Made by a program: the position numbers and the translations under genes
Source: Octopus sinensis
Lineage: Eukaryota
Reading direction: 5' to 3'
DNA: 64,000 bases
Assembly: GCF_006345805.1 (NCBI RefSeq)
Contig: NC_043009.1
Span: forward strand, 18,414,001 to 18,478,000
The notes under the pieces: model-generated
Told to the model about the DNA's origin: nothing
Database searches by the model: none
Seen by the model: only the letters and a program-made list of their open reading frames with translations
Part shown: piece by piece, positions 26,330 through 38,860 of the stretch
Layout: each line of letters opens with the position of its first letter
Numbering within the stretch: position 1 is the stretch's first letter

Positions 26330-28330
26330 CTTCATTTGCAATTTCTTGTCGCCAAGGAGTGTTTGCCAACCCAACCCCAAGAACCAGTCACAAATCTGCC
26401 AACAGGTTTTCCTGCATCATCCTCCAGCAGTAACTATGGGAGATCCAGAACAGCTGATGGACGGCACTTGCTGAGAGAACGCAACGTTATGCCAATAAGC
26501 GAGACATTAGGTCATTGTATGGGACACTCCGCGCAATATATATTCCTATCCACTAAACTAAAGTCCGTCAGCATTCGGCTGGTGGATCAAATCTGCTGAC
26601 AGAAAATAATGATATCATGCATCGTTGGACAGAACACTATGCAAGTCTGTTTGGAGACACTCACTCAGTGCAAGCACCATCCCTTGCCAACATACTATAG
26701 CGAGAGGCGAAAACAAAGCTGGATGACCAGCCCTCCATAGACGAGATTCATACAGCGATTGCTAAGTTGAGAACCCACAAGGCTCCTGGTGTGGATGGTA
26801 TTCTGGCAAAAGTGTACAAACTTGGCGGGAATTGACTTCTTGACAATCTCGCTGATCTTTGCATTAGGCTGGGAGAGATGAAAATTCCGAGCAGCCTATG
26901 CAGCCATAATTGTGCCTTTGTACAAAAAGAAACAAATCAGTACTTTAACTACAGAGATACTGGCGCGTGTTCTCTAAGAAAGACTCATCACCACCATTGC
27001 TAACGAAGTCCTCCTCGAGAGTCAGTTTGGTTTTCGTTAGACATGATCTCGCCCCTCCGTTAGAAAAGGAAGAAATATACAGAGAGCAAAAATTGGCCTC
27101 TTACGCTACTTTCATCGATCTGGCGAAGGCGTTTCATATGGTCAGAAGGGATGGGCTGCGGAGAATCCTGAACCTGGTTGTTCACCCAAGTTCCTCCTTA
27201 TCCTTCAGTAGCTATACTAGGGCCAGCGGGGGACGATCAAATATGAGTTCCCCTTTGAGAATAGTGTGAAAAAATGTTTGTGCTCCAATCCCTACAGTCT
27301 TTGCAATCTTCTTCAGCACGATGTGGTGGGAAGCCAAGGAGGAATTGCATGAGAGTATCCACATCCGTCTTGGCACTGACGGGAACATGTTCAATCTTCG
27401 CTGACTCCTTGATTGCAAGAGAACTTTGATGGAGCTCACCACTGATCTGCTATTTACAGATAACTGTACACTTTCAGTTGTGTCTAATTTTTCTAAGGCC
27501 TCACCATCAGTCTGAAGAAAACTGAAGTATTGTTTCACAAACCGCCACATGTCAACTACCGACCGCCGCAAATTAGCACCAAACGACACTCCCTTAATGC
27601 AGTCGAATACTTCACCTATCTGAGAAGTGTCATTTCTAATGGTGCAACCTGTGATAAGGATGTTGAAAACCGCATTACCAAAACTAGCACCTCCTTGTGA
27701 TGTCTGCTGATGCAGCTACGGCAGACCCGTGCACCAGGACCAAAGTCTACAAGACAGTGCCATCAATACTTTTCTCTGTTGGTCAGAAGCTTGGGTGTTG
27801 TATTGGAAGCAGATCAAGCTACTGGAACGCTTCCATCAAAGAAGCCTTTCTTCTTTCATAAACATCTCATAGAATGAAATATCACCAAAAACGAAGTCCT
27901 CCAGTATTGAAATGATACTGCTGCACAGACAGATCAGATGATCAGGTTATGTCTCACGCACGGAAAATATCCAGAATGCTGAAATCCGTATTCCACAGAA
28001 AGCTCAGCCAGGAAAAGAGAGAGAGGAGCCCCTAACCAGGAAGCGTTTCAAAGACCAGCTGAAGCGCCAGTTTACCCTGATAGTGATAGACACCACAGTG
28101 TGGGAAAATGTCACAACTCAGAGGAATGTGTGGTGAGATTGCCTCCACACCGCTGCAAGGTATTTTGAGAAACGCCAAAGAAAGAAAGCATCATGGTCAC
28201 TACCCTCATTTGACCAGATTTTACATACTTGCCCCAAGTGCACTAGAGCTTGTCGTTTAAGGATCTGTTTATATAGCCAATTAAGGACTTGCTGCTTTTT
28301 TTTTTCATGGTTTTCTGACACGAAGGACTT
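26330..28330 (+). mobile_element. Decayed RTE (BovB-like) LINE ORF
   Basis: HRWTEHYASLF; KLRTHKAPGVDGI; FIDLAKAFHMVRRDGL; EYFTYLRSVISN; RKRFKDQLKRQF; C-terminal CPKCTRAC...LYSQLRTC. Multiple frameshifts. Confidence 0.85.
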
Positions 28331-29429
28331 CTATCACCATGTGTAAGTATAAAAGGAATAAAACTGAAGATTTTGTTCATATATATTTAATTATGTAACA
28401 TTACACGTTTTTCATTAATTTTATAATACTACTCACTATATGCAGAATCGTTATTAAGCAAATTGCATTATCAAATCTCCAGAGATTGAGTAACAAACAC
28501 AAATAACCTTAAGATTAATAATGCATGTCATACAGGCATATATTATAAGTGATCAAATCTACTATGTAAAAGAGGTTTTGTTTAAATGCAAAAATAGACA
28601 GAGAGTAGAGAATGTGTCTATCAAAGGAGAGCAGGTAGTGTTTTTGTCTCTAATGTGTCTGATTTAATAGATTTCAAAGCTATTTACAAGTGAATCTTAC
28701 ATGTTATTATTTATATTTGGAACCTATTTGATAATTACCATTCTTCTTCATAGATACTCGGGTCAGGATGTGTGTGTGTATGTCTGTTAGTGTGTGCGTG
28801 ACACAGGCGCGCGCACGCGCCTGTGTCTTTGTTGAAAATGATATTGCAAATCTTTAAGATAAAATATGCAGTTCTCTTGAAAAGGATTTTTTATGAATAT
28901 TAGATACATAAATAAAGCGATTACTTTTATGAGATAGTTTTCCTGGTTCAGATTTACACAGAGTTACTTTTGCATAAAACAAGGAATGTCTACGTAATTT
29001 TTGTTTTTTTACACGTATTTCAAGAGCTGTCAAAATGACGTGGTTATATATTTGGTATTAGAAGAAAAAAGGAATCTTACACAGTAGAGCGTTGAAAAGT
29101 AATGGCGCTACAGAATTTGTGAAGGAAAATAAAATGTGAGCTACAAAAAGAATATTCAAAGAAAAGAACTAGAATGAATATAGAAATACAAGTTCTGAAA
29201 CAAAACAAAAAACAACCTTCAAATATTTACTAATGACTAAGTAAAGGCTCATACTTACCTGCTATATAGGAAAGAACATAATGTTGACATGAACAAATAC
29301 ATTTATGCATGTAAATAATTCAAGGAAAGCACACACACACACACACACGCACTCACATAGATATACTTACTTGTTTATAACTGTGCATCAAATGTGGTGA
29401 GGATAGTCTCGTTCAAGTGTAGATCATCT

Positions 29430-30800
29430 TGCCAGTATACTTTCCAAGTTTTGTTATAAAGCCTCAGTTTTTCCTGATGGTGCTGAATTATTTTTCTCTC
29501 TTTGTTATAGTGAGTCCATAAAAGCAAATGATAAGCAACGAGATCTTCCACTTCTGAAAGGTGATGTTGTTCCTTTTGAATTAGTCTTCAGTTAGTCTTT
29601 GCACTGTTTCTTCTGTCCTCCTGCCAAGCGCTGATCATGATGTAACTGGCCGAATGTAATCTTGATACTGAGATGGTTATTTAGGATTATTCTCTTTCTG
29701 AGCATCTCAAAGAATTCTCAGCTGATCTTGCATTTCTTTAAACAGTTTTCAGAGATTAGAAATGCTGCAACCTAAATATCTAAATCGGGATACTCTAAGG
29801 ATATTGTAATGAGAAAGCTTGAGTAGAAGGTCGATGAATGTGAAGATTATCTTAGCTTTCTGAATGTAATCTATCAGATCAATTCTTTCGAAAGGTGTAA
29901 TATCAGTTTAGAGCTTCTGGAATGTTGACTATCAAAGCTCAATAAAAGGTATATTGTAGCTCAATAATCTACTCATATCTGAGGTTAACGTTGGTTCAGT
30001 CTTTTGCATTATTTACTATTAATATCGATTCAGATATTAATAGTAAATAATGTTTCCCTTTTTCCATTTTGAGTACCCTTTTTCCATTTTGAGTAGGAAG
30101 GGGATCGCACAGATACGAAAGATATCAAGTACAGGAACTAGTCTGCATTATTGCCTGGTACACGTTTTACACTGAAGAGCTTAGACAACTACCTCACATC
30201 AACAAAATAGGCAATCACTCTTGTATAGAACTACGGAGAGATACTTCAAGAATTTGAAGGGAAAAACACATTTTTTAAGTGCATCCTCCAGATGTTTCCT
30301 CTTTACTGTATCGGACGACTTTAATAACAAAAGCAATGTACAGGGCCCCGATGCATATTTCCTGAAGCTGTATTGTCACATTGATCATGCCGACTGAGTC
30401 TAGCATCATTTTGATCAGGGATTTCCAGTAACGCGGCAGACATTTTTACCTCCTTTATTTCTATAGATGTTCACAACGTGATTATTTCTTGAATGTTGAG
30501 TTCATAATCTTGGCTCTCTGACTCTATCGATGCAATGCTCTTGCGATGTCTGCTAGAATTTTATCTCTGTTTTATCGAGTATTAATTTCGGCAAATGTTT
30601 GTAACCTATCAAAAGATAGTGAGTAGTGAGCATTTCATAAAACTCTCCATGCCTTCTGATTGGTATTATAGTAAGGAAGTGCTATATCAGGAAATTAGGA
30701 ATATTTATTGCATCAAAAATTATGCGCACAATGCTTGTCTGCAAGTTTCTGAATTTACTGGTCCTTTTCTAATACGCCTTTCATTTTGCAAGGTTCGAAT
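29430..30800 (-). mobile_element. Highly decayed RTE-like LINE
   Basis: Fragments SKLFSVKRV, RYLGCSIS and RLAGGQKKQCKD*LKTN match RTE RT and C-terminal motifs. Confidence 0.55.
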
Positions 30801-31126
30801 TGTTGGTTGAGTCATGGAATTATGCGATGAGAGGTTGTTCAATACTGATTTCTTAGTCTATGATTTTCTGAACGTATCGCTGTTCATATACTCATTCTTG
30901 ACAGTTTTGTTTTGAATCCAATGGTTTCAGCCGCACTATCATTGAGCAGGTAACCAAAGGAAACCAATGCGAGTTTCTGTGGCAAGTTTACTCTGAAACC
31001 GTCAGATTGGCAGCTTAGCAGTAATTAAAGTAAATATCGGGACAATAGAGCTTGCAGTAAATGAGCGTTTTCATACACACACATACGCGCACACACACAC
31101 GCACGCACGCACATACACACACGCAC

Positions 31127-31177
<51 letters not shown>

Positions 31178-32080
31178 CTCTCTCTTCTCCGGATATATAT
31201 ATAGTGAGCTAGCTATCAGCATGTCTCTCTCTTTCCGACACATACACACTCACCTAGATATAAGTATGCGGATGCATTAATTTTTGCATCATTTATATCT
31301 GTATATATTGTTAATTAGCAATTTAAAAATATAAATCTGTTTATATCTCTCTCTATGCAGCAGGAGAGATGTTACAGACACCAGAGGAACAATTCAAAAT
31401 AATATCTCAATTTATGTCAACATAAATTGTTTTTCGGTGTCAAAATCCAAGAACAATAAAGACATTGACAGATATGAAGAGAAATTCATTCAAAGATAAA
31501 GAAACAATCGCCTTGTCTAGAAATAAATCATACGTCGGTCGCAATTTAATTTTCGTCCTTCTTCACACTTGCTATAAACAGCATGGAAAAAGTGTAATGA
31601 CAAGGGTTTTAATAAGGTTTAAGACTTACCTTCATGGGAATTAAGTGAAATCTCACGCTTCAGTGACGTCATTGGGATTCAATTCGTTCGGTTATTGTAG
31701 AATGAATTCTCGAATGTAAAGTATACGTATAAAGCCTTACCTGAGTACCTATAACTGAACTGATGCTACTACAGCCATGCAAAATAATTAAAACCCATTA
31801 TACCATGCTAACATGCATTTTCAATTACAATTCCTTTGAAACATCGCAAATAATATTTCCGACAAATAAAATCATAAAAAATATTTTTGCATGCCATTCA
31901 AATATTTTTTTACTTAATATTTCATTCAGTTTTTCTCTTTTCATTTTGTAATTATTTTTTAAAATCACTTTTTCGTTTCTTGTTTTGTTTTTATTTATTT
32001 TTTTTTTCATTTTAAATTCTTTTTTTTTAAATTCCGTTGGCAATTATAGACTTCATCAAGCTGGAAACGAGTTGACTAAC

Positions 32081-32197
32081 CTTTACAGATACCTTTGTCC
32101 ATGAGATATCCGGGTCTACATCCGCAGAAGAATGAACCTGGTGTATTATAGCATACCTGGTGACAGTTGCCGTTGTTGAAAATACATTCGTTGAAGT
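32081..32197 (-). CDS. Internal exon: calcium-binding EGF domain (same gene)
   Basis: Acceptor ccttcctttcttcgtcag| and donor G|gttagt; 117 nt, phase 1-1. Translates DFNECIFNNGNCHQVCYNTPGSFFCGCRPGYLMDKGICK, with D-x-N-E-C and C-x-N-T-x-G-S-F-x-C cbEGF signatures. The G+AC junction rebuilds the Asp. Confidence 0.92.
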
Positions 32198-32589
32198 CTG
32201 ACGAAGAAAGGAAGGAAAACTAATTTTATTATTTATCTGTCAGATTTTTTAAGCTAATCCTGCCATCGCTGCAGCTGATCTTTAAATTAGAAAAATTCAT
32301 CTTCCTCTTAGAATAGCTGATTTTTAGATTCTTCGAGATCATTTTTGGATTGACACAACAGTTCAAACTGAGAAATAGAATGTCATAACTGATTATCAGA
32401 TTGTCATAACCGATCACAAAGTTGACAGGACTGATCATAAGGTTTTAATCATTGATTTTAAACTATTTTTAAATAACCATTAGATTGTGAAATAAGTTCA
32501 AGCGTAACTTACTGAATGATGAACGCAAAGAACATGCTAAGTCAATGTTTCCCATTTAGATAGAGTGAAAACAAAAACTTTAAAATAAC

Positions 32590-33060
32590 TGATGCTGACT
32601 TTCAAAGAAAAGGAGTATGACATATCGGTTAAAGGCGTCAGTGCTAGACAGAAAAGGAGTGGAGAGAGCAGGTCCCTTGGGAATATTCCTCTTCTAGTGG
32701 GGATGGCTTTAGTTTTTATAATTCCCTCTTCTTTTGCCTGTAGCTGCAGAACTGTTAGCCATTTATTCATAGTATGTTTTATAAATTTTATCACTGTTGG
32801 TGATATTTTGCTTATGATTAAGTGTTCCAATGATCCATATTTGGGGAATGCTGTCAAAAGCCTTCCGGTAATCGATCCAAACCCCGCTTAGACTTTTCTT
32901 TTACTTTCGGTAGTCTTCAGTTACGGCTTTGTTGATCATTAACTGGTTTTACAGTCTTATGAGCCTTTGCAGCATCCCTTCAGCTCTTTTGGAAACTGAT
33001 TTCTTTTAAATTTCTGCACATTCCCTACGATACTATTGCAGTTACGGCTATATTGGTTGC
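32590..33060 (-). mobile_element. R4/Dong-type RT fragment
   Basis: WIDYRKAFDSIP and RRGIFPRDLLSPLLFCLALTPL; same family as 53940-56560. Confidence 0.75.
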
Positions 33061-33157
33061 AAGGAGATATGTTATGGATCTGTAATTTTGCGGGTTTGTA
33101 GTTTCAGTAGATGTGGGAATTAGGATTTTTTTCCACTTATAATAATAATAATCCTTT

Positions 33158-33352
33158 CTATTAAAGGCACAAGGTCTGAAATTTTGGGTCGATTACATTG
33201 ACCCCAGTGCTTCACTGGTACTTAATTCATCGACGTCGAAATGGATGAAAGGCAAAGTCGGCCTCGGTGGAATTTGAACTTAGAACGTAAGGATGGACAA
33301 AATGCTACAAAGCATTTTGTTTGGCGTGCAAATGATTCTGCCAGCTCGCTTC
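33158..33352 (-). mobile_element. SINE family A
   Basis: Same body motifs, flanked by (AAT)n. Confidence 0.8.
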
Positions 33353-33377
33353 CTTAATAACAATAATAGTAATAATC

Positions 33378-33778
33378 CTTTCTATTATAGGCACAAGGCC
33401 TGGAATTTGGGGAGGGGGAGACCTGAAATTTGAGGGGACTAGTCGATTACTTCGACCCCAGTGTTTCAATAGTACTTAATTTATCGACCCCGAAATTATG
33501 AAAGGCAAAGTCGACCTCGGCGGAATTTGAACTCAGAACGTAACAACGGGAGAAATACCTATTTCTTTACTACTCACAAGGGGCTAAACACAGAGAATAC
33601 AAACAAGGATAGAGAAAAGGATTAAGTCGATTATATCGACCCCAGTGCGAAACTGGTACTTATTTAATCGACCCCGAAAGGATGAAAGGCAAAGTCGACC
33701 TCGGCGGAATTTGAACTCAGAACGAAATACCACAAAGCATTTCGCCCGGTATGCTAACGATTCGGCAAGTTTGCCGTC

Positions 33779-33780
<2 letters not shown>
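33378..33780 (-). mobile_element. SINE family A, dimeric
   Basis: Two gagttcaaattccgccgaggtcgac modules on the minus strand; head near 33779. Confidence 0.85.
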
Positions 33781-33840
<60 letters not shown>

Positions 33841-33860
33841 CATCATCATCATCATTGAAA

Positions 33861-34256
33861 GTGGTGAGCTGGCAGAATCGTTAGCACACCGGGTGAAATG
33901 CTTAGCGGTATTTCGTCTGCCGCTACGTTCTGGGTTCAAATTCCGCCGAGGGCGACTTTGCCTTTCATCCTTTCGGGGTCGATAAATTAAGTACCAGTTA
34001 CGCACTGGGGTCGATGTAATCGAATTAATCCGTTTGTCTGTCCTTGGTTGTCCCCTCTATGTTTAGCTCCATGTGGGTAATAAAGAAACAGGTATTTCAC
34101 CCGTCGCTACGTTCTGAGTTCAAATTCTGCCGAGGTCGTCTTTGCCTTTATCTTTTTGGGATCCATGAATCATGTCCCAGTTGTGTACTGGGGTCGATCT
34201 AATCGATTGGCCCCCTTCCTCAAAACTTCGGGCCTTGTGCTTAGAGTAGAAAAGAT
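33861..34256 (+). mobile_element. SINE family A, dimeric
   Basis: Head gtggtgagctggcagaatcgttagc, two B-box modules, and tail ggccttgtgc...agaaaag(att)n. Confidence 0.85.
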
Positions 34257-34263
34257 TATTATT

Positions 34264-34817
34264 GAGTGAGAGAGCAGTGCATGCCATCAAAGTGACACTG
34301 GGGTAAAATATACGAAGCCCAGTATACCCATCATGACTACCCGTCTGATAAGGGTACACCAGGCACATGCATTACAACCACATGTGCGCGACATGGTGAT
34401 CTTATATCAAGATAAACAGCGCATGACCTTGCAGGTGGGACCCAGTTAGAATTTTCTTCTGATCGAGTAGCCCATCCCGCTCAAAAGGTCATTGAATAAG
34501 GATTGTTTAAGGATGTTGAACGAAACACCCCTGTTTCCAAATGTCAATTATCCAAACCTCTAAGAATTCCTTTCAACACACGGCTATGATGCTCTCCCAC
34601 TACTTCTGCTTGTGACCAGAGATGCACATATCGTCAGCCACTAAAGGACATGCTCAACTGGTTACGGTCAAACAAATGACAAGCAAATCTGTGGTATTGA
34701 GCAGAATATTTGCTGTAGCCCATCTTTTATACCAAGACAAATCAATGTACATGATAACACTTCCAATCAGTTAAGATCAGGAGCCATGAGAGCCACTGTC
34801 TGGTACTGCATGAAGGC

Positions 34818-34820
<3 letters not shown>
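34264..34820. other. Unclassified segment of about 550 bp bounded by (ATT)n; probable interspersed repeat
   Basis: It has (ATT)n at both ends, like neighbouring retroposons, and no ORF. There is only one copy in this window, so repeat status is not proven here. Confidence 0.35.
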
Positions 34821-34866
<46 letters not shown>

Positions 34867-36311
34867 GAATGTCTTTTTAACTTTGTTTGTTTCTCACAAA
34901 TTCGTCGACGCCAACATGGTTCTCTACCTTATGTTTGGTCTTTTCTTTTGTATCCAACTCTATCTGCAGCCCAAATAATCTTGCTAGTTTCAGTTATATT
35001 TCTCGTCTGGAATAGCCCGAGGACCGAATCTATCTTTTCTGTTTCAACTTTGAGCTTGCATCGATCATGTACCTTAGATTGGGGGTGGGGTGCTTGATCC
35101 TCGTCTTCTCTAATATATCGACATAGGATCCCCACTATGTTTTGTTGGTCATCATCGATTTCTAGTGATGTAGCTCTTCCTATTGCTTGTGCTTCATTTG
35201 CTGAGAATACATTTACATTTACACTTTGCTCTACGTCTTCACTGCCGCCTTTCATTTTTCTCTTCTCACTGAACACGTTATCTGTTGGTGAAGTATTATT
35301 TCTATTTTCTACTTACCTTTTTATCTCTGCTATTTCTATGTCTGTTAACCATCCTTTTGCTCTTATTGCTCCTGCCTGGTCGGCTAACCGTTGCTCACTT
35401 ATTTCGGAGTCCTATTTCATTCCATTTTGCTTTCGTTCATTGTTGGAATTCCCTTCTACTTGGTTCACTCATGATCCAGCATTCAATTACCGCCCGATTG
35501 CCTCCTCATCTCACCTTACTCTCTGCTTCTGGCTTTGTGTACAAGCAGTCTCTGGATGACGACCGAGCCTGCGCTGCTCAACCACAGGGTATCTGTCGGG
35601 CGAAAGGCCCTCACCTTTGGTTCCAGCCTCATTAACACCCTTATTTGATACATTTATATTAGGCATTTCCACTCAACAATGAGGTTTGTGTTTTAAAGTT
35701 AGCCACCAACTGGTATTTTTATCGAGACACCATCTCTAGTAAGATTGTCAGCCAAGACTGCAGAGCCCATAGGTTGGGCCTGTTCCCTTCGCATTTCTGT
35801 GTATCGGAGACCATAATTATGATTCTCACTGGGTGATAGGTGAGCGTCAGTTGGTCCCGTATCTTCATCCAAATATTGCTCCGAAGTTAAGTCCCGATTC
35901 GCGGTTCATTCGCCTTCATCCCAGGTATGGAGCCGTTGGACACTGACAGGTTGCCACCACTGTGATTAAGGAGTCCTATCTACCCCAGTTTTAAATCAAA
36001 CTGCCAACCAAGGCTCACGAGTTCTGTCTACCTGTTTTCGGAATGGTTATTGATTCTTCTGAGTTTCTCTGCCTTCGTCGGGTTTTGTTTTTAATCCGCA
36101 GGGTGTCGAAAATCTACCCTCCTCATCAAGTAAGTTTGGTGGGGTTGCCGGTTTAGTCGCCGACTACTCAACGGTTTAACAACGCCAATTGTTATTCATG
36201 CTGGGTTATTATTTACTTGCTCACTATTATAATTCCACTATTATTACAATAATCCCTACCTTATTTACTTGTTTACTGCTGTAGTTTCACTATTAATACT
36301 ATAATTTATTG
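34867..36311 (-). mobile_element. 5' part of an R4/Dong-type non-LTR element (tandem copy 1)
   Basis: The minus strand ends ...EKIDSVLGLFQTRNITETSKIIWAA...EPCWRRRICEKQTKL, matching the PWWKRR motif that opens the 53940 copy. Bounded by (ATT)n. Confidence 0.65.
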
Positions 36312-36344
36312 TTATTATTATTATTATTTATTATTATTATTATT

Positions 36345-37788
36345 GAATGTCTTTTTAACTTTGTTTGTTTCTCACAAATTCGTCGACGCCAACATGGTTC
36401 TCTACCTTATGTTTGGTCTTTTCTTTTGTATCCAACTCTATCTGCAGCCCAAATAATCTTGCTAGTTTCAGTTATATTTCTCGTCTGGAATAGCCCGAGG
36501 ACCGAATCTATCTTTTCTGTTTCAACTTTGAGCTTGCATCGATCAATGTACCTTAGATTGGGGTGGGGTGCTTGATCCTCGTCTTCTCTAATATATCGAC
36601 ATAGGATCCCCACTATGTTTTGTTGGTCATCATCGATTTCTAGTGATGTAGCTCTTCCTATTGCTTGTGCTTCATTTGCTGAGAATACATTTACATTTAC
36701 ACTTTGCTCTACGTCTTCACTGCCGCCTTTCATTTTTCTCTTCTCACTGAACACGTTATCTGTTGGTGAAGTATTATTTCTATTTTCTACTTACCTTTTT
36801 ATCTCTGCTATTTCTATGTCTGTTAACCATCCTTTTGCTCTTATTGCTCCTGCCTGGTCGGCTAACCGTTGCTCACTTATTTCGGAGTCCTATTTCATTC
36901 CATTTTGCTTTCGTTCATTGTTGGAATTCCCTTCTACTTGGTTCACTCATGATCCAGCATTCAATTACCGCCCGATTTGCCTCCTCATCTCACCTTACTC
37001 TCTGCTTCTGTCTTTGTGTACAAGCAGTCTCTGGATGACGACCGAGCCTGCGCTGCTCAACCACAGGGTATCTGTCGGGCGAAAGGCCCTCACCTTTGGT
37101 TCCAGCCTCATTAACACCCTTATTTGATACATTTATATTAGGCATTTCCACTCAACAATGAGGTTTGTGTTTTAAAGTTAGCCACCAACTGGTATTTTTA
37201 TCGAGACACCATCTCTAGTAAGATTGTCAGCCAAGACTGCAGAGCCCATAGGTTGGGCCTGTTCCCTTCGCATTTCTGTGTATCGGAGACCATAATTATG
37301 ATTCTCACTGGGTGATAGGTGAGCGTCAGTTGGTCCCGTATCTTCATCCAAATATTGCTCCGAAGTTAAGTCCCGATTCGCGGTTCATTCGCCTTCATCC
37401 CAGGTATGGAGCCGTTGGACACTGACAGGTTGCCACCACTGTGATTAAGGAGTCCTATCTACCCCAGTTTTAAATCAAACTGCCAACCAAGGCTCACGAG
37501 TTCTGTCTACCTGTTTTCGGAATGGTTATTGATTCTTCTGAGTTTCTCTGCCTTCGTCGGGTTTTGTTTTTAATCCCGCAGGGTGTCGAAAATCTACCCT
37601 CCTCATCAAGTAAGTTTGGTGGGGTTGCCGGTTTAGTCGCCGACTACTCAACGGTTTAACAACGCCAATTGTTATTCATGCTGGGTTATTATTTACTTGC
37701 TCACTATTATAATTCCACTATTATTACAATAATCCCTACCTTATTTACTTGTTTACTGCTGTAGTTTCACTATTAATACTATAATTTA

Positions 37789-37791
<3 letters not shown>
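36345..37791 (-). mobile_element. 5' part of an R4/Dong-type non-LTR element (tandem copy 2)
   Basis: Nearly identical to 34867-36311 (offset 1478-1480). Confidence 0.65.
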
Positions 37792-37841
<50 letters not shown>

Positions 37842-38021
37842 GTTCAGTAGTTTTATTTTTATAGCGTGCTTTCACTTCACTACCGAGCGCAGCTCTATGT
37901 GCCTTGGGTATGTGCTGTGATTTGTTGTGATGCTCTGATGGTTATTGTATGGAAAGTGTTTATCATTATTATTATTGGCACGCTGGACAACACTTATAAT
38001 GGGAGCCACTGACAGGCTGTA

Positions 38022-38185
38022 AAGTGGCAGAATCGTGAGTACGCCGAATATTTCGGCATTTCGTCCATCTTTAAGTTCAGTGTTCAAATTCTGCTGAGGT
38101 CAACTTTGCCCTTCATCTTTTAGAGGTCATTGTATTCGACTAGGCTGTCTCCTCAAATTTTAAGCCTTGTACTGGATATAGAAAG
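38022..38185 (+). mobile_element. SINE family A (diverged)
   Basis: tggcagaatcg...gttcaaattctgctgaggtcaactttgcc. Confidence 0.7.
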
Positions 38186-38699
38186 TGTTATAAAAAATGC
38201 AACAAGCTGATATCAAGAACCGCTGAGTGGATTCGGATGAAACTTTCAGGGATGTTTGGCCTCGTGACTCGCACGAATTAACTAGAGTTTGGGATTGATC
38301 CGGTACCGGACAAGGATTCTGGATTATTTGTTATATTTACTTTACAAGAAGTATTACGATCTTACGTTGACTTTCAAGTCTTTCTATGATTATCTCCCTT
38401 GAAAGCACGCTCATGGTTTCCGCATAAGTTATGGCGGCGTTGCTGTTTCCAAAGTATTATTTCGTTTCTCTATTATTAGTTTTATTCGCGTCTCTATGTT
38501 AGCAAAAACTGATGGAAAACGAAATGAAACGTCAGCAAAACCGTTCAGAAATTAAATAATACTGACATATTCAGTAACAATAATAAATTTAATTTCTAGT
38601 TTCACCAATTTTGAATATATCGCTCCTGTTTAAAACCTCTTACCTACATTTCTAGCTCTGCCTTTAAGGAAGCTTTACCTCTTGGACTTACGTTTTTGT

Positions 38700-38860
38700 G
38701 CGCAATGATGTTGTTAAACATCCGTTAACAGCACCGTATGCAGGTCTTTTCCGTTTTCTTTCACGCACGGATAAATATTTCACTATAGACCTTAATGGTT
38801 GTAAAGACACTATATCATTGGATAGACTTAAACAGGCCTTCATAGTGAAACCTGTCCCTG
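38700..38860 (+). mobile_element. Gypsy-type LTR retrotransposon integrase C-terminal remnant
   Basis: PLTAPYAGLFRFLSRTDKYFTIDLNGCKDTISLDRLKQAF matches the PL.PPY.GP..V..R.DK.F..D.NG..D.VS.DRLKPA motif. Confidence 0.7.

Noticed and set aside
31625-31790. Two strong minus-strand donors (31629, 31739) with nearby AGs
   Set aside because: Phase-1 readings give stops or 3-5 residue fragments with a phase change; no convincing exon.
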